From Yuukianura sp. NJ FZ-2021 (taxonomy: Eukaryota): a stretch of DNA of 64,000 nt. The stretch spans positions 4,154,001 through 4,218,000 of the forward strand of contig CM102283.1 in the NCBI GenBank assembly GCA_046563655.1. Reading direction: 5' to 3'. A program made the translations under genes and the position numbers. A model generated the notes under the pieces. The model was not told where the DNA came from, made no database searches, and worked only from the letters and a program-made list of their open reading frames with translations. Shown piece by piece: positions 1 to 13,100 of this stretch (its first letter is position 1; the number at the start of each line of letters is the position of its first letter).

Positions 1-825
1 ACTTGGGTTCCTGTAGTACTTTTCAGGAGGATTTCAGAAAAGTAACTCATTTTCACACGGCATTCCTCCGCGTGGAGGTTTTTCGAATAATTTGTTTTGA
101 AACAAATTTTCATAAATACAGGTAACAAGATGATGGACGACACAGCAAATGAAAGTGGGTTCTTGTAGCCCTTTTTATGAGGATTTCAAAAATATAGTTG
201 ACTCTTGCCTAGCATCGTTCCGGAATGCATTTCTTTTGAATTCTTTGTTTTGAAACTTGAATTTTCATAAAGAAAAGTAACGAGATGAGGGACGCCACGG
301 CAAGTGAAAGTGGGTTCCTGTAGCACTTTTTATGAGGGTTTCAAAAATGTAGTTGACTTTTACCTAGCATCGTTCCGGAATGCATTTCTTTTGAATTCTT
401 TGTTTTGAAACTTGAATTTTCATAAAGAAAAGTAACGAGATGAGGGACGCCACGGCAAGTGAAAGTGGGTTCCTGTAGCACTTTTTATGAGGGTTTCAAA
501 AATGTAGTTGACTTTTACCTAGCATCGTTCCGGAATGCATTTCTTTTGAATTTTTTGTTTTGAAACTTGAATCTTCATAAATAAAGGTAACAAGATGAGG
601 GACGACACGGCAAGTGAAAGTGGGATCCTGTAGCACCTTTTATGAGGATTTCAAAAATGTAGTTGACTTTTACCCAGCATCGTTCCGGAATGCATTTCTT
701 TTGAATTCTTTGTTTTGAAACTTGAATTTTCATAAAGAAAGGTAACAAGATGAGGCACGACACAGCAAGTGAAAGTGGGTTCCTGTAGCACTTTTTATGG
801 GGATTTCAAAAATGTAGTCGACTTT

Positions 826-1010
826 CTGTTCATTCTCACATTTGCGTGCTCAATCTCACAAATTTAAGTCGTTTTCGACAAAATGGTGCTCGGCATTGCC
901 CTGGGTGCCGTTTACCAACCCAAGATAAACTCCGAGGCAGAGCGGTTCATCCAGACTTTTAAGTACACTCTAACCAGATTTAATGGCGATCTATCCACGC
1001 CAATCAAACT
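826..1010 (+). mobile_element. Representative ~185-bp insert, allele A: degenerate LTR-retrotransposon (Ty3/Gypsy-like) integrase core fragment
   Basis: Non-satellite segment ctgttcattctcaca...ccaatcaaact. With two 1-bp frameshifts it translates as KFKSF-RQNGARHC-LGAVYQPKINSEAERFIQTFKYTL, resembling the rve motif F..F...NGI.H...APYHP..NG.AERF.QTFK..L. Further A copies start at ~1831, 2838, 3844, 4851, 5858, 6865, 7872, 9032, 9884, 10736, 11898, 12905, 13911, 14917, 16930, 21095, 35734, 36431, 37825 and 40847. Recognised by eye; no search was run. Confidence 0.8.
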
Positions 1011-1011
1011 T

Positions 1012-1162
1012 GGGTTCCTGTAGTACTTTTCAGGAGGATTTCAGAAAAGTAACTCATTTTCACACGGCATCGCTCCGCGTGGAGGTTTTTCGAATAATTT
1101 GTTTTGAAACAAATTTTCATAAAAAAAGTCAGAAGATGAGGGACGAAACAGCAAGTGAAAGC
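1012..1162. repeat. Representative divergent ~152-bp monomer that follows every insert
   Basis: gggttcctgtagtacttttcaggaggatttcagaaaagtaactcattttcacacggcatcgctccgcgtggaggtttttcgaataatttgttttgaaacaaattttcataaa... is colinear with the 155-mer but strongly diverged. The gggttcc-to-gggttcc distance is 151-152 bp. Confidence 0.88.
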
Positions 1163-4100
1163 GGGTTCCCGTAGCCCTTTTTATGAGGATTTCAAAAATA
1201 TAATTGACTTTTACCAAGCATCGTTCCGGAATGCATTTCTTTTGAATTCTTTGTTTTGAAACATGAATTTTCATAAATACAGGTAACAAGATGATGGACG
1301 ACACAGCAAATGAAAGTGGGTTCTTGTAGCCCTTTTTATGAGGATTTCAAAAATATAGTTGACTCTTACCTAGCATCGTTCCGGAATGCATTTCTTTTGA
1401 ATTCTTTGTTTTGAAACTTGAATTTTCATAAAGAAAAGTAACGAGATGAGGGACGCCACGGCAAGTGAAAGTGGGTTCCTTTAGCACTTTTTATGAGGGT
1501 TTCAAAAATGTAGTTGACTTTTACTTAGCATCGTTCCGGAATGCATTTCTTTTGAATTCTTTGTTTTGAAACTTGAATTTCATAAATAAAGGTAACAAGA
1601 TGAGGGACGACACGGCAAGTGAAAGTGGGATCCTGTAGCACCTTTTATGAGGATTTCAAAAATGTAGTTGACTTTTACCCAGCATCGTTCCGGAATGCAT
1701 TTCTTTTGAATTCTTTGTTTTGAAACTTGAATTTTCATAAAGAAAGGTAACAAGATGAGGCACGACACAGCAAGTGAAAGTGGGTTCCTGTAGCACTTTT
1801 TATGAGGATTTCAAAAATGTAGTCGACTTTCTGTTCATTCTCACATTTGCGTGCTCAATCTCACAAATTTAAGTCGTTTTCGACAAAATGGTGCTCGGCA
1901 TTGCCCTGGGTGCCGTTTACCAACCCAAGATAATCTCCGAGGCAGAGCGGTTCATCCAGACTTTTAAGTACACTCTAACCAGATTTAATGGCGATCTATC
2001 CACGCCAATCAAACTTGGGTTCCTGTAGTACTTTTCAGGAGGATTTCAGAAAAGTAACTCATTTTCACACGGCATTCCTCCGCGTGGAGGTTTTTCGAAT
2101 AATTTGTTTTGAAACAAATTTTCATAAATACAGGTAACAAGATGATGGACGACACAGCAAATGAAAGTGGGTTCTTGTAGCCCTTTTTATGAGGATTTCA
2201 AAAATATAGTTGACTCTTGCCTAGCATCGTTCCGGAATGCATTTCTTTTGAATTCTTTGTTTTGAAACTTGAATTTTCATAAAGAAAAGTAACGAGATGA
2301 GGGACGCCACGGCAAGTGAAAGTGGGTTCCTGTAGCACTTTTTATGAGGGTTTCAAAAATGTAGTTGACTTTTACCTAGCATCGTTCCGGAATGCATTTC
2401 TTTTGAATTCTTTGTTTTGAAACTTGAATTTTCATAAAGAAAAGTAACGAGATGAGGGACGCCACGGCAAGTGAAAGTGGGTTCCTGTAGCACTTTTTAT
2501 GAGGGTTTCAAAAATGTAGTTGACTTTTACCTAGCATCGTTCCGGAATGCATTTCTTTTGAATTTTTTGTTTTGAAACTTGAATCTTCATAAATAAAGGT
2601 AACAAGATGAGGGACGACACGGCAAGTGAAAGTGGGATCCTGTAGCACCTTTTATGAGGATTTCAAAAATGTAGTTGACTTTTACCCAGCATCGTTCCGG
2701 AATGCATTTCTTTTGAATTCTTTGTTTTGAAACTTGAATTTTCATAAAGAAAGGTAACAAGATGAGGCACGACACAGCAAGTGAAAGTGGGTTCCTGTAG
2801 CACTTTTTATGGGGATTTCAAAAATGTAGTCGACTTTCTGTTCATTCTCACATTTGCGTGCTCAATCTCACAAATTTAAGTCGTTTTCGACAAAATGGTG
2901 CTCGGCATTGCCCTGGGTGCCGTTTACCAACCCAAGATAAACTCCGAGGCAGAGCGGTTCATCCAGACTTTTAAGTACACTCTAACCAGATTTAATGGCG
3001 ATCTATCCACGCCAATCAAACTTGGGTTCCTGTAGTACTTTTCAGGAGGATTTCAGAAAAGTAACTCATTTTCACACGGCATCGCTCCGCGTGGAGGTTT
3101 TTCGAATAATTTGTTTTGAAACAAATTTTCATAAAAAAAAGTCAGAAGATGAGGGACGAAACAGCAAGTGAAAGCGGGTTCCCGTAGCCCTTTTTATGAG
3201 GATTTCAAAAATATAATTGACTTTTACCAAGCATCGTTCCGGAATGCATTTCTTTTGAATTCTTTGTTTTGAAACATGAATTTTCATAAATACAGGTAAC
3301 AAGATGATGGACGACACAGCAAATGAAAGTGGGTTCTTGTAGCCCTTTTTATGAGGATTTCAAAAATATAGTTGACTCTTACCTAGCATCGTTCCGGAAT
3401 GCATTTCTTTTGAATTCTTTGTTTTGAAACTTGAATTTTCATAAAGAAAAGTAACGAGATGAGGGACGCCACGGCAAGTGAAAGTGGGTTCCTTTAGCAC
3501 TTTTTATGAGGGTTTCAAAAATGTAGTTGACTTTTACCTAGCATCGTTCCGGAATGCATTTCTTTTGAATTCTTTGTTTTGAAACTTGAATTTCATAAAT
3601 AAAGGTAACAAGATGAGGGACGACACGGCAAGTGAAAGTGGGATCCTGTAGCACCTTTTATGAGGATTTCAAAAATGTAGTTGACTTTTACCCAGCATCG
3701 TTCCGGAATGCATTTCTTTTGAATTCTTTGTTTTGAAACTTGAATTTTCATAAAGAAAGGTAACAAGATGAGGCACGACACAGCAAGTGAAAGTGGGTTC
3801 CTGTAGCACTTTTTATGAGGATTTCAAAAATGTAGTCGACTTTCTGTTCATTCTCACATTTGCGTGCTCAATCTCACAAATTTAAGTCGTTTTCGACAAA
3901 ATGGTGCTCGGCATTGCCCTGGGTGCCGTTTACCAACCCAAGATAATCTCCGAGGCAGAGCGGTTCATCCAGACTTTTAAGTACACTCTAACCAGATTTA
4001 ATGGCGATCTATCCACGCCAATCAAACTTGGGTTCCTGTAGTACTTTTCAGGAGGATTTCAGAAAAGTAACTCATTTTCACACGGCATTCCTCCGCGTGG

Positions 4101-7100
4101 AGGTTTTTCGAATAATTTGTTTTGAAACAAATTTTCATAAATACAGGTAACAAGATGATGGACGACACAGCAAATGAAAGTGGGTTCTTGTAGCCCTTTT
4201 TATGAGGATTTCAAAAATATAGTTGACTCTTGCCTAGCATCGTTCCGGAATGCATTTCTTTTGAATTCTTTGTTTTGAAACTTGAATTTTCATAAAGAAA
4301 AGTAACGAGATGAGGGACGCCACGGCAAGTGAAAGTGGGTTCCTGTAGCACTTTTTATGAGGGTTTCAAAAATGTAGTTGACTTTTACCTAGCATCGTTC
4401 CGGAATGCATTTCTTTTGAATTCTTTGTTTTGAAACTTGAATTTTCATAAAGAAAAGTAACGAGATGAGGGACGCCACGGCAAGTGAAAGTGGGTTCCTG
4501 TAGCACTTTTTATGAGGGTTTCAAAAATGTAGTTGACTTTTACCTAGCATCGTTCCGGAATGCATTTCTTTTGAATTTTTTGTTTTGAAACTTGAATCTT
4601 CATAAATAAAGGTAACAAGATGAGGGACGACACGGCAAGTGAAAGTGGGATCCTGTAGCACCTTTTATGAGGATTTCAAAAATGTAGTTGACTTTTACCC
4701 AGCATCGTTCCGGAATGCATTTCTTTTGAATTCTTTGTTTTGAAACTTGAATTTTCATAAAGAAAGGTAACAAGATGAGGCACGACACAGCAAGTGAAAG
4801 TGGGTTCCTGTAGCACTTTTTATGGGGATTTCAAAAATGTAGTCGACTTTCTGTTCATTCTCACATTTGCGTGCTCAATCTCACAAATTTAAGTCGTTTT
4901 CGACAAAATGGTGCTCGGCATTGCCCTGGGTGCCGTTTACCAACCCAAGATAATCTCCGAGGCAGAGCGGTTCATCCAGACTTTTAAGTACACTCTAACC
5001 AGATTTAATGGCGATCTATCCACGCCAATCAAACTTGGGTTCCTGTAGTACTTTTCAGGAGGATTTCAGAAAAGTAACTCATTTTCACACGGCATTCCTC
5101 CGCGTGGAGGTTTTTCGAATAATTTGTTTTGAAACAAATTTTCATAAATACAGGTAACAAGATGATGGACGACACAGCAAATGAAAGTGGGTTCTTGTAG
5201 CCCTTTTTATGAGGATTTCAAAAATATAGTTGACTCTTGCCTAGCATCGTTCCGGAATGCATTTCTTTTGAATTCTTTGTTTTGAAACTTGAATTTTCAT
5301 AAAGAAAAGTAACGAGATGAGGGACGCCACGGCAAGTGAAAGTGGGTTCCTGTAGCACTTTTTATGAGGATTTCAAAAATGTAGTTGACTTTTACCTAGC
5401 ATCGTTCCGGAATGCATTTCTTTTGAATTCTTTGTTTTGAAACTTGAATTTTCATAAAGAAAAGTAACGAGATGAGGGACGCCACGGCAAGTGAAAGTGG
5501 GTTCCTGTAGCACTTTTTATGAGGGTTTCAAAAATGTAGTTGACTTTTACCTAGCATCGTTCCGGAATGCATTTCTTTTGAATTTTTTGTTTTGAAACTT
5601 GAATCTTCATAAATAAAGGTAACAAGATGAGGGACGACACGGCAAGTGAAAGTGGGATCCTGTAGCACCTTTTATGAGGATTTCAAAAATGTAGTTGACT
5701 TTTACCCAGCATCGTTCCGGAATGCATTTCTTTTGAATTCTTTGTTTTGAAACTTGAATTTTCATAAAGAAAGGTAACAAGATGAGGCACGACACAGCAA
5801 GTGAAAGTGGGTTCCTGTAGCACTTTTTATGGGGATTTCAAAAATGTAGTCGACTTTCTGTTCATTCTCACATTTGCGTGCTCAATCTCACAAATTTAAG
5901 TCGTTTTCGACAAAATGGTGCTCGGCATTGCCCTGGGTGCCGTTTACCAACCCAAGATAATCTCCGAGGCAGAGCGGTTCATCCAGACTTTTAAGTACAC
6001 TCTAACCAGATTTAATGGCGATCTATCCACGCCAATCAAACTTGGGTTCCTGTAGTACTTTTCAGGAGGATTTCAGAAAAGTAACTCATTTTCACACGGC
6101 ATTCCTCCGCGTGGAGGTTTTTCGAATAATTTGTTTTGAAACAAATTTTCATAAATACAGGTAACAAGATGATGGACGACACAGCAAATGAAAGTGGGTT
6201 CTTGTAGCCCTTTTTATGAGGATTTCAAAAATATAGTTGACTCTTGCCTAGCATCGTTCCGGAATGCATTTCTTTTGAATTCTTTGTTTTGAAACTTGAA
6301 TTTTCATAAAGAAAAGTAACGAGATGAGGGACGCCACGGCAAGTGAAAGTGGGTTCCTGTAGCACTTTTTATGAGGGTTTCAAAAATGTAGTTGACTTTT
6401 ACCTAGCATCGTTCCGGAATGCATTTCTTTTGAATTCTTTGTTTTGAAACTTGAATCTTCATAAATAAAGGTAACGAGATGAGGGACGCCACGGCAAGTG
6501 AAAGTGGGTTCCTGTAGCACTTTTTATGAGGGTTTCAAAAATGTAGTTGACTTTTACCTAGCATCGTTCCGGAATGCATTTCTTTTGAATTCTTTGTTTT
6601 GAAACTTGAATCTTCATAAATAAAGGTAACAAGATGAGCGACGACACGGCAAGTGAAAGTGGGATCCTGTAGCACCTTTTATGAGGATTTCAAAAATGCA
6701 GTTGACTTTTACCCAGCATCGTTCCGGAATGCATTTCTTTTGAATTCTTTGTTTTGAAACTTGAATTTTCATAAAGAAAGGTAACAAGATGAGGCACGAC
6801 ACAGCAAGTGAAAGTGGGTTCCTGTAGCACTTTTTATGAGGATTTCAAAAATGTAGTCGACTTTCTGTTCATTCTCACATTTGCGTGCTCAATCTCACAA
6901 ATTTAAGTCGTTTTCGACAAAATGGTGCTTGGCATTGCCCTGGGTGCCGTTTACCAACCCAAGATAATCTCCGAGGCAGAGCGGTTCATCCAGACTTTTA
7001 AGTACACTCTAACCAGATTTAATGGCGATCTATCCACGCCAATCAAACTTGGGTTCCTGTAGTACTTTTCAGGAGGATTTCAGAAAAGTAACTCATTTTC

Positions 7101-10100
7101 ACACGGCATTCCTCCGCGTGGAGGTTTTTCGAATAATTTGTTTTGAAACAAATTTTCATAAATACAGGTAACAAGATGATGGACGACACAGCAAATGAAA
7201 GTGGGTTCTTGTAGCCCTTTTTATGAGGATTTCAAAAATATAGTTGACTCTTGCCTAGCATCGTTCCGGAATGCATTTCTTTTGAATTCTTTGTTTTGAA
7301 ACTTGAATTTTCATAAAGAAAAGTAACGAGATGAGGGACGCCACGGCAAGTGAAAGTGGGTTCCTGTAGCACTTTTTATGAGGGTTTCAAAAATGTAGTT
7401 GACTTTTACCTAGCATCGTTCCGGAATGCATTTCTTTTGAATTCTTTGTTTTGAAACTTGAATTTTCATAAAGAAAAGTAACGAGATGAGGGACGCCACG
7501 GCAAGTGAAAGTGGGTTCCTGTAGCACTTTTTATGAGGGTTTCAAAAATGTAGTTGACTTTTACCTAGCATCGTTCCGGAATGCATTTCTTTTGAATTTT
7601 TTGTTTTGAAACTTGAATCTTCATAAATAAAGGTAACAAGATGAGGGACGACACGGCAAGTGAAAGTGGGATCCTGTAGCACCTTTTATGAGGATTTCAA
7701 AAATGTAGTTGACTTTTACCCAGCATCGTTCCGGAATGCATTTCTTTTGAATTCTTTGTTTTGAAACTTGAATTTTCATAAAGAAAGGTAACAAGATGAG
7801 GCACGACACAGCAAGTGAAAGTGGGTTCCTGTAGCACTTTTTATGGGGATTTCAAAAATGTAGTCGACTTTCTGTTCATTCTCACATTTGCGTGCTCAAT
7901 CTCACAAATTTAAGTCGTTTTCGACAAAATGGTGCTCGGCATTGCCCTGGGTGCCGTTTACCAACCCAAGATAAACTCCGAGGCAGAGCGGTTCATCCAG
8001 ACTTTTAAGTACACTCTAACCAGATTTAATGGCGATCTATCCACGCCAATCAAACTTGGGTTCCTGTAGTACTTTTCAGGAGGATTTCAGAAAAGTAACT
8101 CATTTTCACACGGCATCGCTCCGCGTGGAGGTTTTTCGAATAATTTGTTTTGAAACAAATTTTCATAAAAAAAGTCAGAAGATGAGGGACGAAACAGCAA
8201 GTGAAAGCGGGTTCCCGTAGCCCTTTTTATGAGGATTTCAAAAATATAATTGACTTTTACCAAGCATCGTTCCGGAATGCATTTCTTTTGAATTCTTTGT
8301 TTTGAAACATGAATTTTCATAAATACAGGTAACAAGATGATGGACGACACAGCAAATGAAAGTGGGTTCTTGTAGCCCTTTTTATGAGGATTTCAAAAAT
8401 ATAGTTGACTCTTACCTAGCATCGTTCCGGAATGCATTTCTTTTGAATTCTTTGTTTTGAAACTTGAATTTTCATAAAGAAAAGTAACGAGATGAGGGAC
8501 GCCACGGCAAGTGAAAGTGGGTTCCTGTAGCACTTTTTATGAGGGTTTCAAAAATGTAGTTGACTTTTACCTAGCATCGTTCCGGAATGCATTTCTTTTG
8601 AATTCTTTGTTTTGAAACTTGAATCTTCATAAATAAAGGTAACGAGATGAGGGACGCCACGGCAAGTGAAAGTGGGTTCCTGTAGCACTTTTTATGAGGG
8701 TTTCAAAAATGTAGTTGACTTTTACCTAGCATCGTTCCGGAATGCATTTCTTTTGAATTCTTTGTTTTGAAACTTGAATTTCATAAATAAAGGTAACAAG
8801 ATGAGCGACGACACGGCAAGTGAAAGTGGGATCCTGTAGCACCTTTTATGAGGATTTCAAAAATGCAGTTGACTTTTACCCAGCATCGTTCCGGAATGCA
8901 TTTCTTTTGAATTCTTTGTTTTGAAACTTGAATTTTCATAAAGAAAGGTAACAAGATGAGGCACGACACAGCAAGTGAAAGTGGGTTCCTGTAGCACTTT
9001 TTATGAGGATTTCAAAAATGTAGTCGACTTTCTGTTCATTCTCACATTTGCGTGCTCAATCTCACAAATTTAAGTCGTTTTCGACAAAATGGTGCTTGGC
9101 ATTGCCCTGGGTGCCGTTTACCAACCCAAGATAATCTCCGAGGCAGAGCGGTTCATCCAGACTTTTAAGTACACTCTAACCAGATTTAATGGCGATCTAT
9201 CCACGCCAATCAAACTTGGGTTCCTGTAGTACTTTTCAGGAGGATTTCAGAAAAGTAACTCATTTTCACACGGCATTCCTCCGCGTGGAGGTTTTTCGAA
9301 TAATTTGTTTTGAAACAAATTTTCATAAATACAGGTAACAAGATGATGGACGACACAGCAAGTGAAAGTGGGATCCTGTAGCACCTTTTATGAGGATTTC
9401 AAAAATATAGTTGACTCTTGCCTAGCATCGTTCCGGAATGCATTTCTTTTGAATTCTTTGTTTTGAAACTTGAATTTTCATAAAGAAAAGTAACGAGATG
9501 AGGGACGCCACGGCAAGTGAAAGTGGGTTCCTGTAGCACTTTTTATGAGGGTTTCAAAAATGTAGTTGACTTTTACCTAGCATCGTTCCGGAATGCATTT
9601 CTTTTGAATTCTTTGTTTTGAAACTTGAATCTTCATAAATAAAGGTAACAAGATGAGCGACGACACGGCAAGTGAAAGTGGGATCCTGTAGCACCTTTTA
9701 TGAGGATTTCAAAAATGCAGTTGACTTTTACCCAGCATCGTTCCGGAATGCATTTCTTTTGAATTCTTTGTTTTGAAACTTGAATTTTCATAAAGAAAGG
9801 TAACAAGATGAGGCACGACACAGCAAGTGAAAGTGGGTTCCTGTAGCACTTTTTATGAGGATTTCAAAAATGTAGTCGACTTTCTGTTCATTCTCACATT
9901 TGCGTGCTCAATCTCACAAATTTAAGTCGTTTTCGACAAAATGGTGCTTGGCATTGCCCTGGGTGCCGTTTACCAACCCAAGATAATCTCCGAGGCAGAG
10001 CGGTTCATCCAGACTTTTAAGTACACTCTAACCAGATTTAATGGCGATCTATCCACGCCAATCAAACTTGGGTTCCTGTAGTACTTTTCAGGAGGATTTC

Positions 10101-13100
10101 AGAAAAGTAACTCATTTTCACACGGCATTCCTCCGCGTGGAGGTTTTTCGAATAATTTGTTTTGAAACAAATTTTCATAAATACAGGTAACAAGATGATG
10201 GACGACACAGCAAATGAAAGTGGGTTCTTGTAGCCCTTTTTATGAGGATTTCAAAAATATAGTTGACTCTTGCCTAGCATCGTTCCGGAATGCATTTCTT
10301 TTGAATTCTTTGTTTTGAAACTTGAATTTTCATAAAGAAAAGTAACGAGATGAGGGACGCCACGGCAAGTGAAAGTGGGTTCCTGTAGCACTTTTTATGA
10401 GGGTTTCAAAAATGTAGTTGACTTTTACCTAGCATCGTTCCGGAATGCATTTCTTTTGAATTCTTTGTTTTGAAACTTGAATCTTCATAAATAAAGGTAA
10501 CAAGATGAGCGACGACACGGCAAGTGAAAGTGGGATCCTGTAGCACCTTTTATGAGGATTTCAAAAATGCAGTTGACTTTTACCCAGCATCGTTCCGGAA
10601 TGCATTTCTTTTGAATTCTTTGTTTTGAAACTTGAATTTTCATAAAGAAAGGTAACAAGATGAGGCACGACACAGCAAGTGAAAGTGGGTTCCTGTAGCA
10701 CTTTTTATGAGGATTTCAAAAATGTAGTCGACTTTCTGTTCATTCTCACATTTGCGTGCTCAATCTCACAAATTTAAGTCGTTTTCGACAAAATGGTGCT
10801 TGGCATTGCCCTGGGTGCCGTTTACCAACCCAAGATAATCTCCGAGGCAGAGCGGTTCATCCAGACTTTTAAGTACACTCTAACCAGATTTAATGGCGAT
10901 CTATCCACGCCAATCAAACTTGGGTTCCTGTAGTACTTTTCAGGAGGATTTCAGAAAAGTAACTCATTTTCACACGGCATTCCTCCGCGTGGAGGTTTTT
11001 CGAATAATTTGTTTTGAAACAAATTTTCATAAATACAGGTAACAAGATGATGGACGACACAGCAAATGAAAGTGGGTTCTTGTAGCCCTTTTTATGAGGA
11101 TTTCAAAAATATAGTTGACTCTTGCCTAGCATCGTTCCGGAATGCATTTCTTTTGAATTCTTTGTTTTGAAACTTGAATTTTCATAAAGAAAAGTAACGA
11201 GATGAGGGACGCCACGGCAAGTGAAAGTGGGTTCCTGTAGCACTTTTTATGAGGGTTTCAAAAATGTAGTTGACTTTTACCTAGCATCGTTCCGGAATGC
11301 ATTTCTTTTGAATTCTTTGTTTTGAAACTTGAATCTTCATAAATAAAGGTAACGAGATGAGGGACGCCACGGCAAGTGAAAGTGGGTTCCTGTAGCACTT
11401 TTTATGAGGGTTTCAAAAATGTAGTTGACTCTTACCTAGCATCGTTCCGGAATGCATTTCTTTTGAATTCTTTGTTTTGAAACTTGAATTTTCATAAAGA
11501 AAAGTAACGAGATGAGGGACGCCACGGCAAGTGAAAGTGGGTTCCTTTAGCACTTTTTATGAGGGTTTCAAAAATGTAGTTGACTTTTACCTAGCATCGT
11601 TCCGGAATGCATTTCTTTTGAATTCTTTGTTTTGAAACTTGAATTTTCATAAATAAAGGTAACAAGATGAGGGACGACACGGCAAGTGAAAGTGGGATCC
11701 TGTAGCACCTTTTATGAGGATTTCAAAAATGTAGTTGACTTTTACCCAGCATCGTTCCGGAATGCATTTCTTTTGAATTCTTTGTTTTGAAACTTGAATT
11801 TTCATAAAGAAAGGTAACAAGATGAGGCACGACACAGCAAGTGAAAGTGGGTTCCTGTAGCACTTTTTATGAGGATTTCAAAAATGTAGTCGACTTTCTG
11901 TTCATTCTCACATTTGCGTGCTCAATCTCACAAATTTAAGTCGTTTTCGACAAAATGGTGCTCGGCATTGCCCTGGGTGCCGTTTACCAACCCAAGATAA
12001 TCTCCGAGGCAGAGCGGTTCATCCAGACTTTTAAGTACACTCTAACCAGATTTAATGGCGATCTATCCACGCCAATCAAACTTGGGTTCCTGTAGTACTT
12101 TTCAGGAGGATTTCAGAAAAGTAACTCATTTTCACACGGCATTCCTCCGCGTGGAGGTTTTTCGAATAATTTGTTTTGAAACAAATTTTCATAAATACAG
12201 GTAACAAGATGATGGACGACACAGCAAATGAAAGTGGGTTCTTGTAGCCCTTTTTATGAGGATTTCAAAAATATAGTTGACTCTTGCCTAGCATCGTTCC
12301 GGAATGCATTTCTTTTGAATTCTTTGTTTTGAAACTTGAATTTTCATAAAGAAAAGTAACGAGATGAGGGACGCCACGGCAAGTGAAAGTGGGTTCCTGT
12401 AGCACTTTTTATGAGGATTTCAAAAATGTAGTTGACTTTTACCTAGCATCGTTCCGGAATGCATTTCTTTTGAATTCTTTGTTTTGAAACTTGAATCTTC
12501 ATAAATAAAGGTAACGAGATGAGGGACGCCACGGCAAGTGAAAGTGGGTTCCTGTAGCACTTTTTATGAGGGTTTCAAAAATGTAGTTGACTTTTACCTA
12601 GCATCGTTCCGGAATGCATTTCTTTTGAATTCTTTGTTTTGAAACTTGAATCTTCATAAATAAAGGTAACAAGATGAGCGACGACACGGCAAGTGAAAGT
12701 GGGATCCTGTAGCACCTTTTATGAGGATTTCAAAAATGCAGTTGACTTTTACCCAGCATCGTTCCGGAATGCATTTCTTTTGAATTCTTTGTTTTGAAAC
12801 TTGAATTTTCATAAAGAAAGGTAACAAGATGAGGCACGACACAGCAAGTGAAAGTGGGTTCCTGTAGCACTTTTTATGAGGATTTCAAAAATGTAGTCGA
12901 CTTTCTGTTCATTCTCACATTTGCGTGCTCAATCTCACAAATTTAAGTCGTTTTCGACAAAATGGTGCTTGGCATTGCCCTGGGTGCCGTTTACCAACCC
13001 AAGATAATCTCCGAGGCAGAGCGGTTCATCCAGACTTTTAAGTACACTCTAACCAGATTTAATGGCGATCTATCCACGCCAATCAAACTTGGGTTCCTGT

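Noticed and set aside
1130-1155. Hammerhead-ribozyme-like gatgagggacgaaac
   Set aside because: It lacks the CUGANGA core and a stem II; I saw no such core in either satellite.
1150-1170. CENP-B box-like gtgaaagcgggt
   Set aside because: Only the A..CGGG half matches; the required TTCG is absent.
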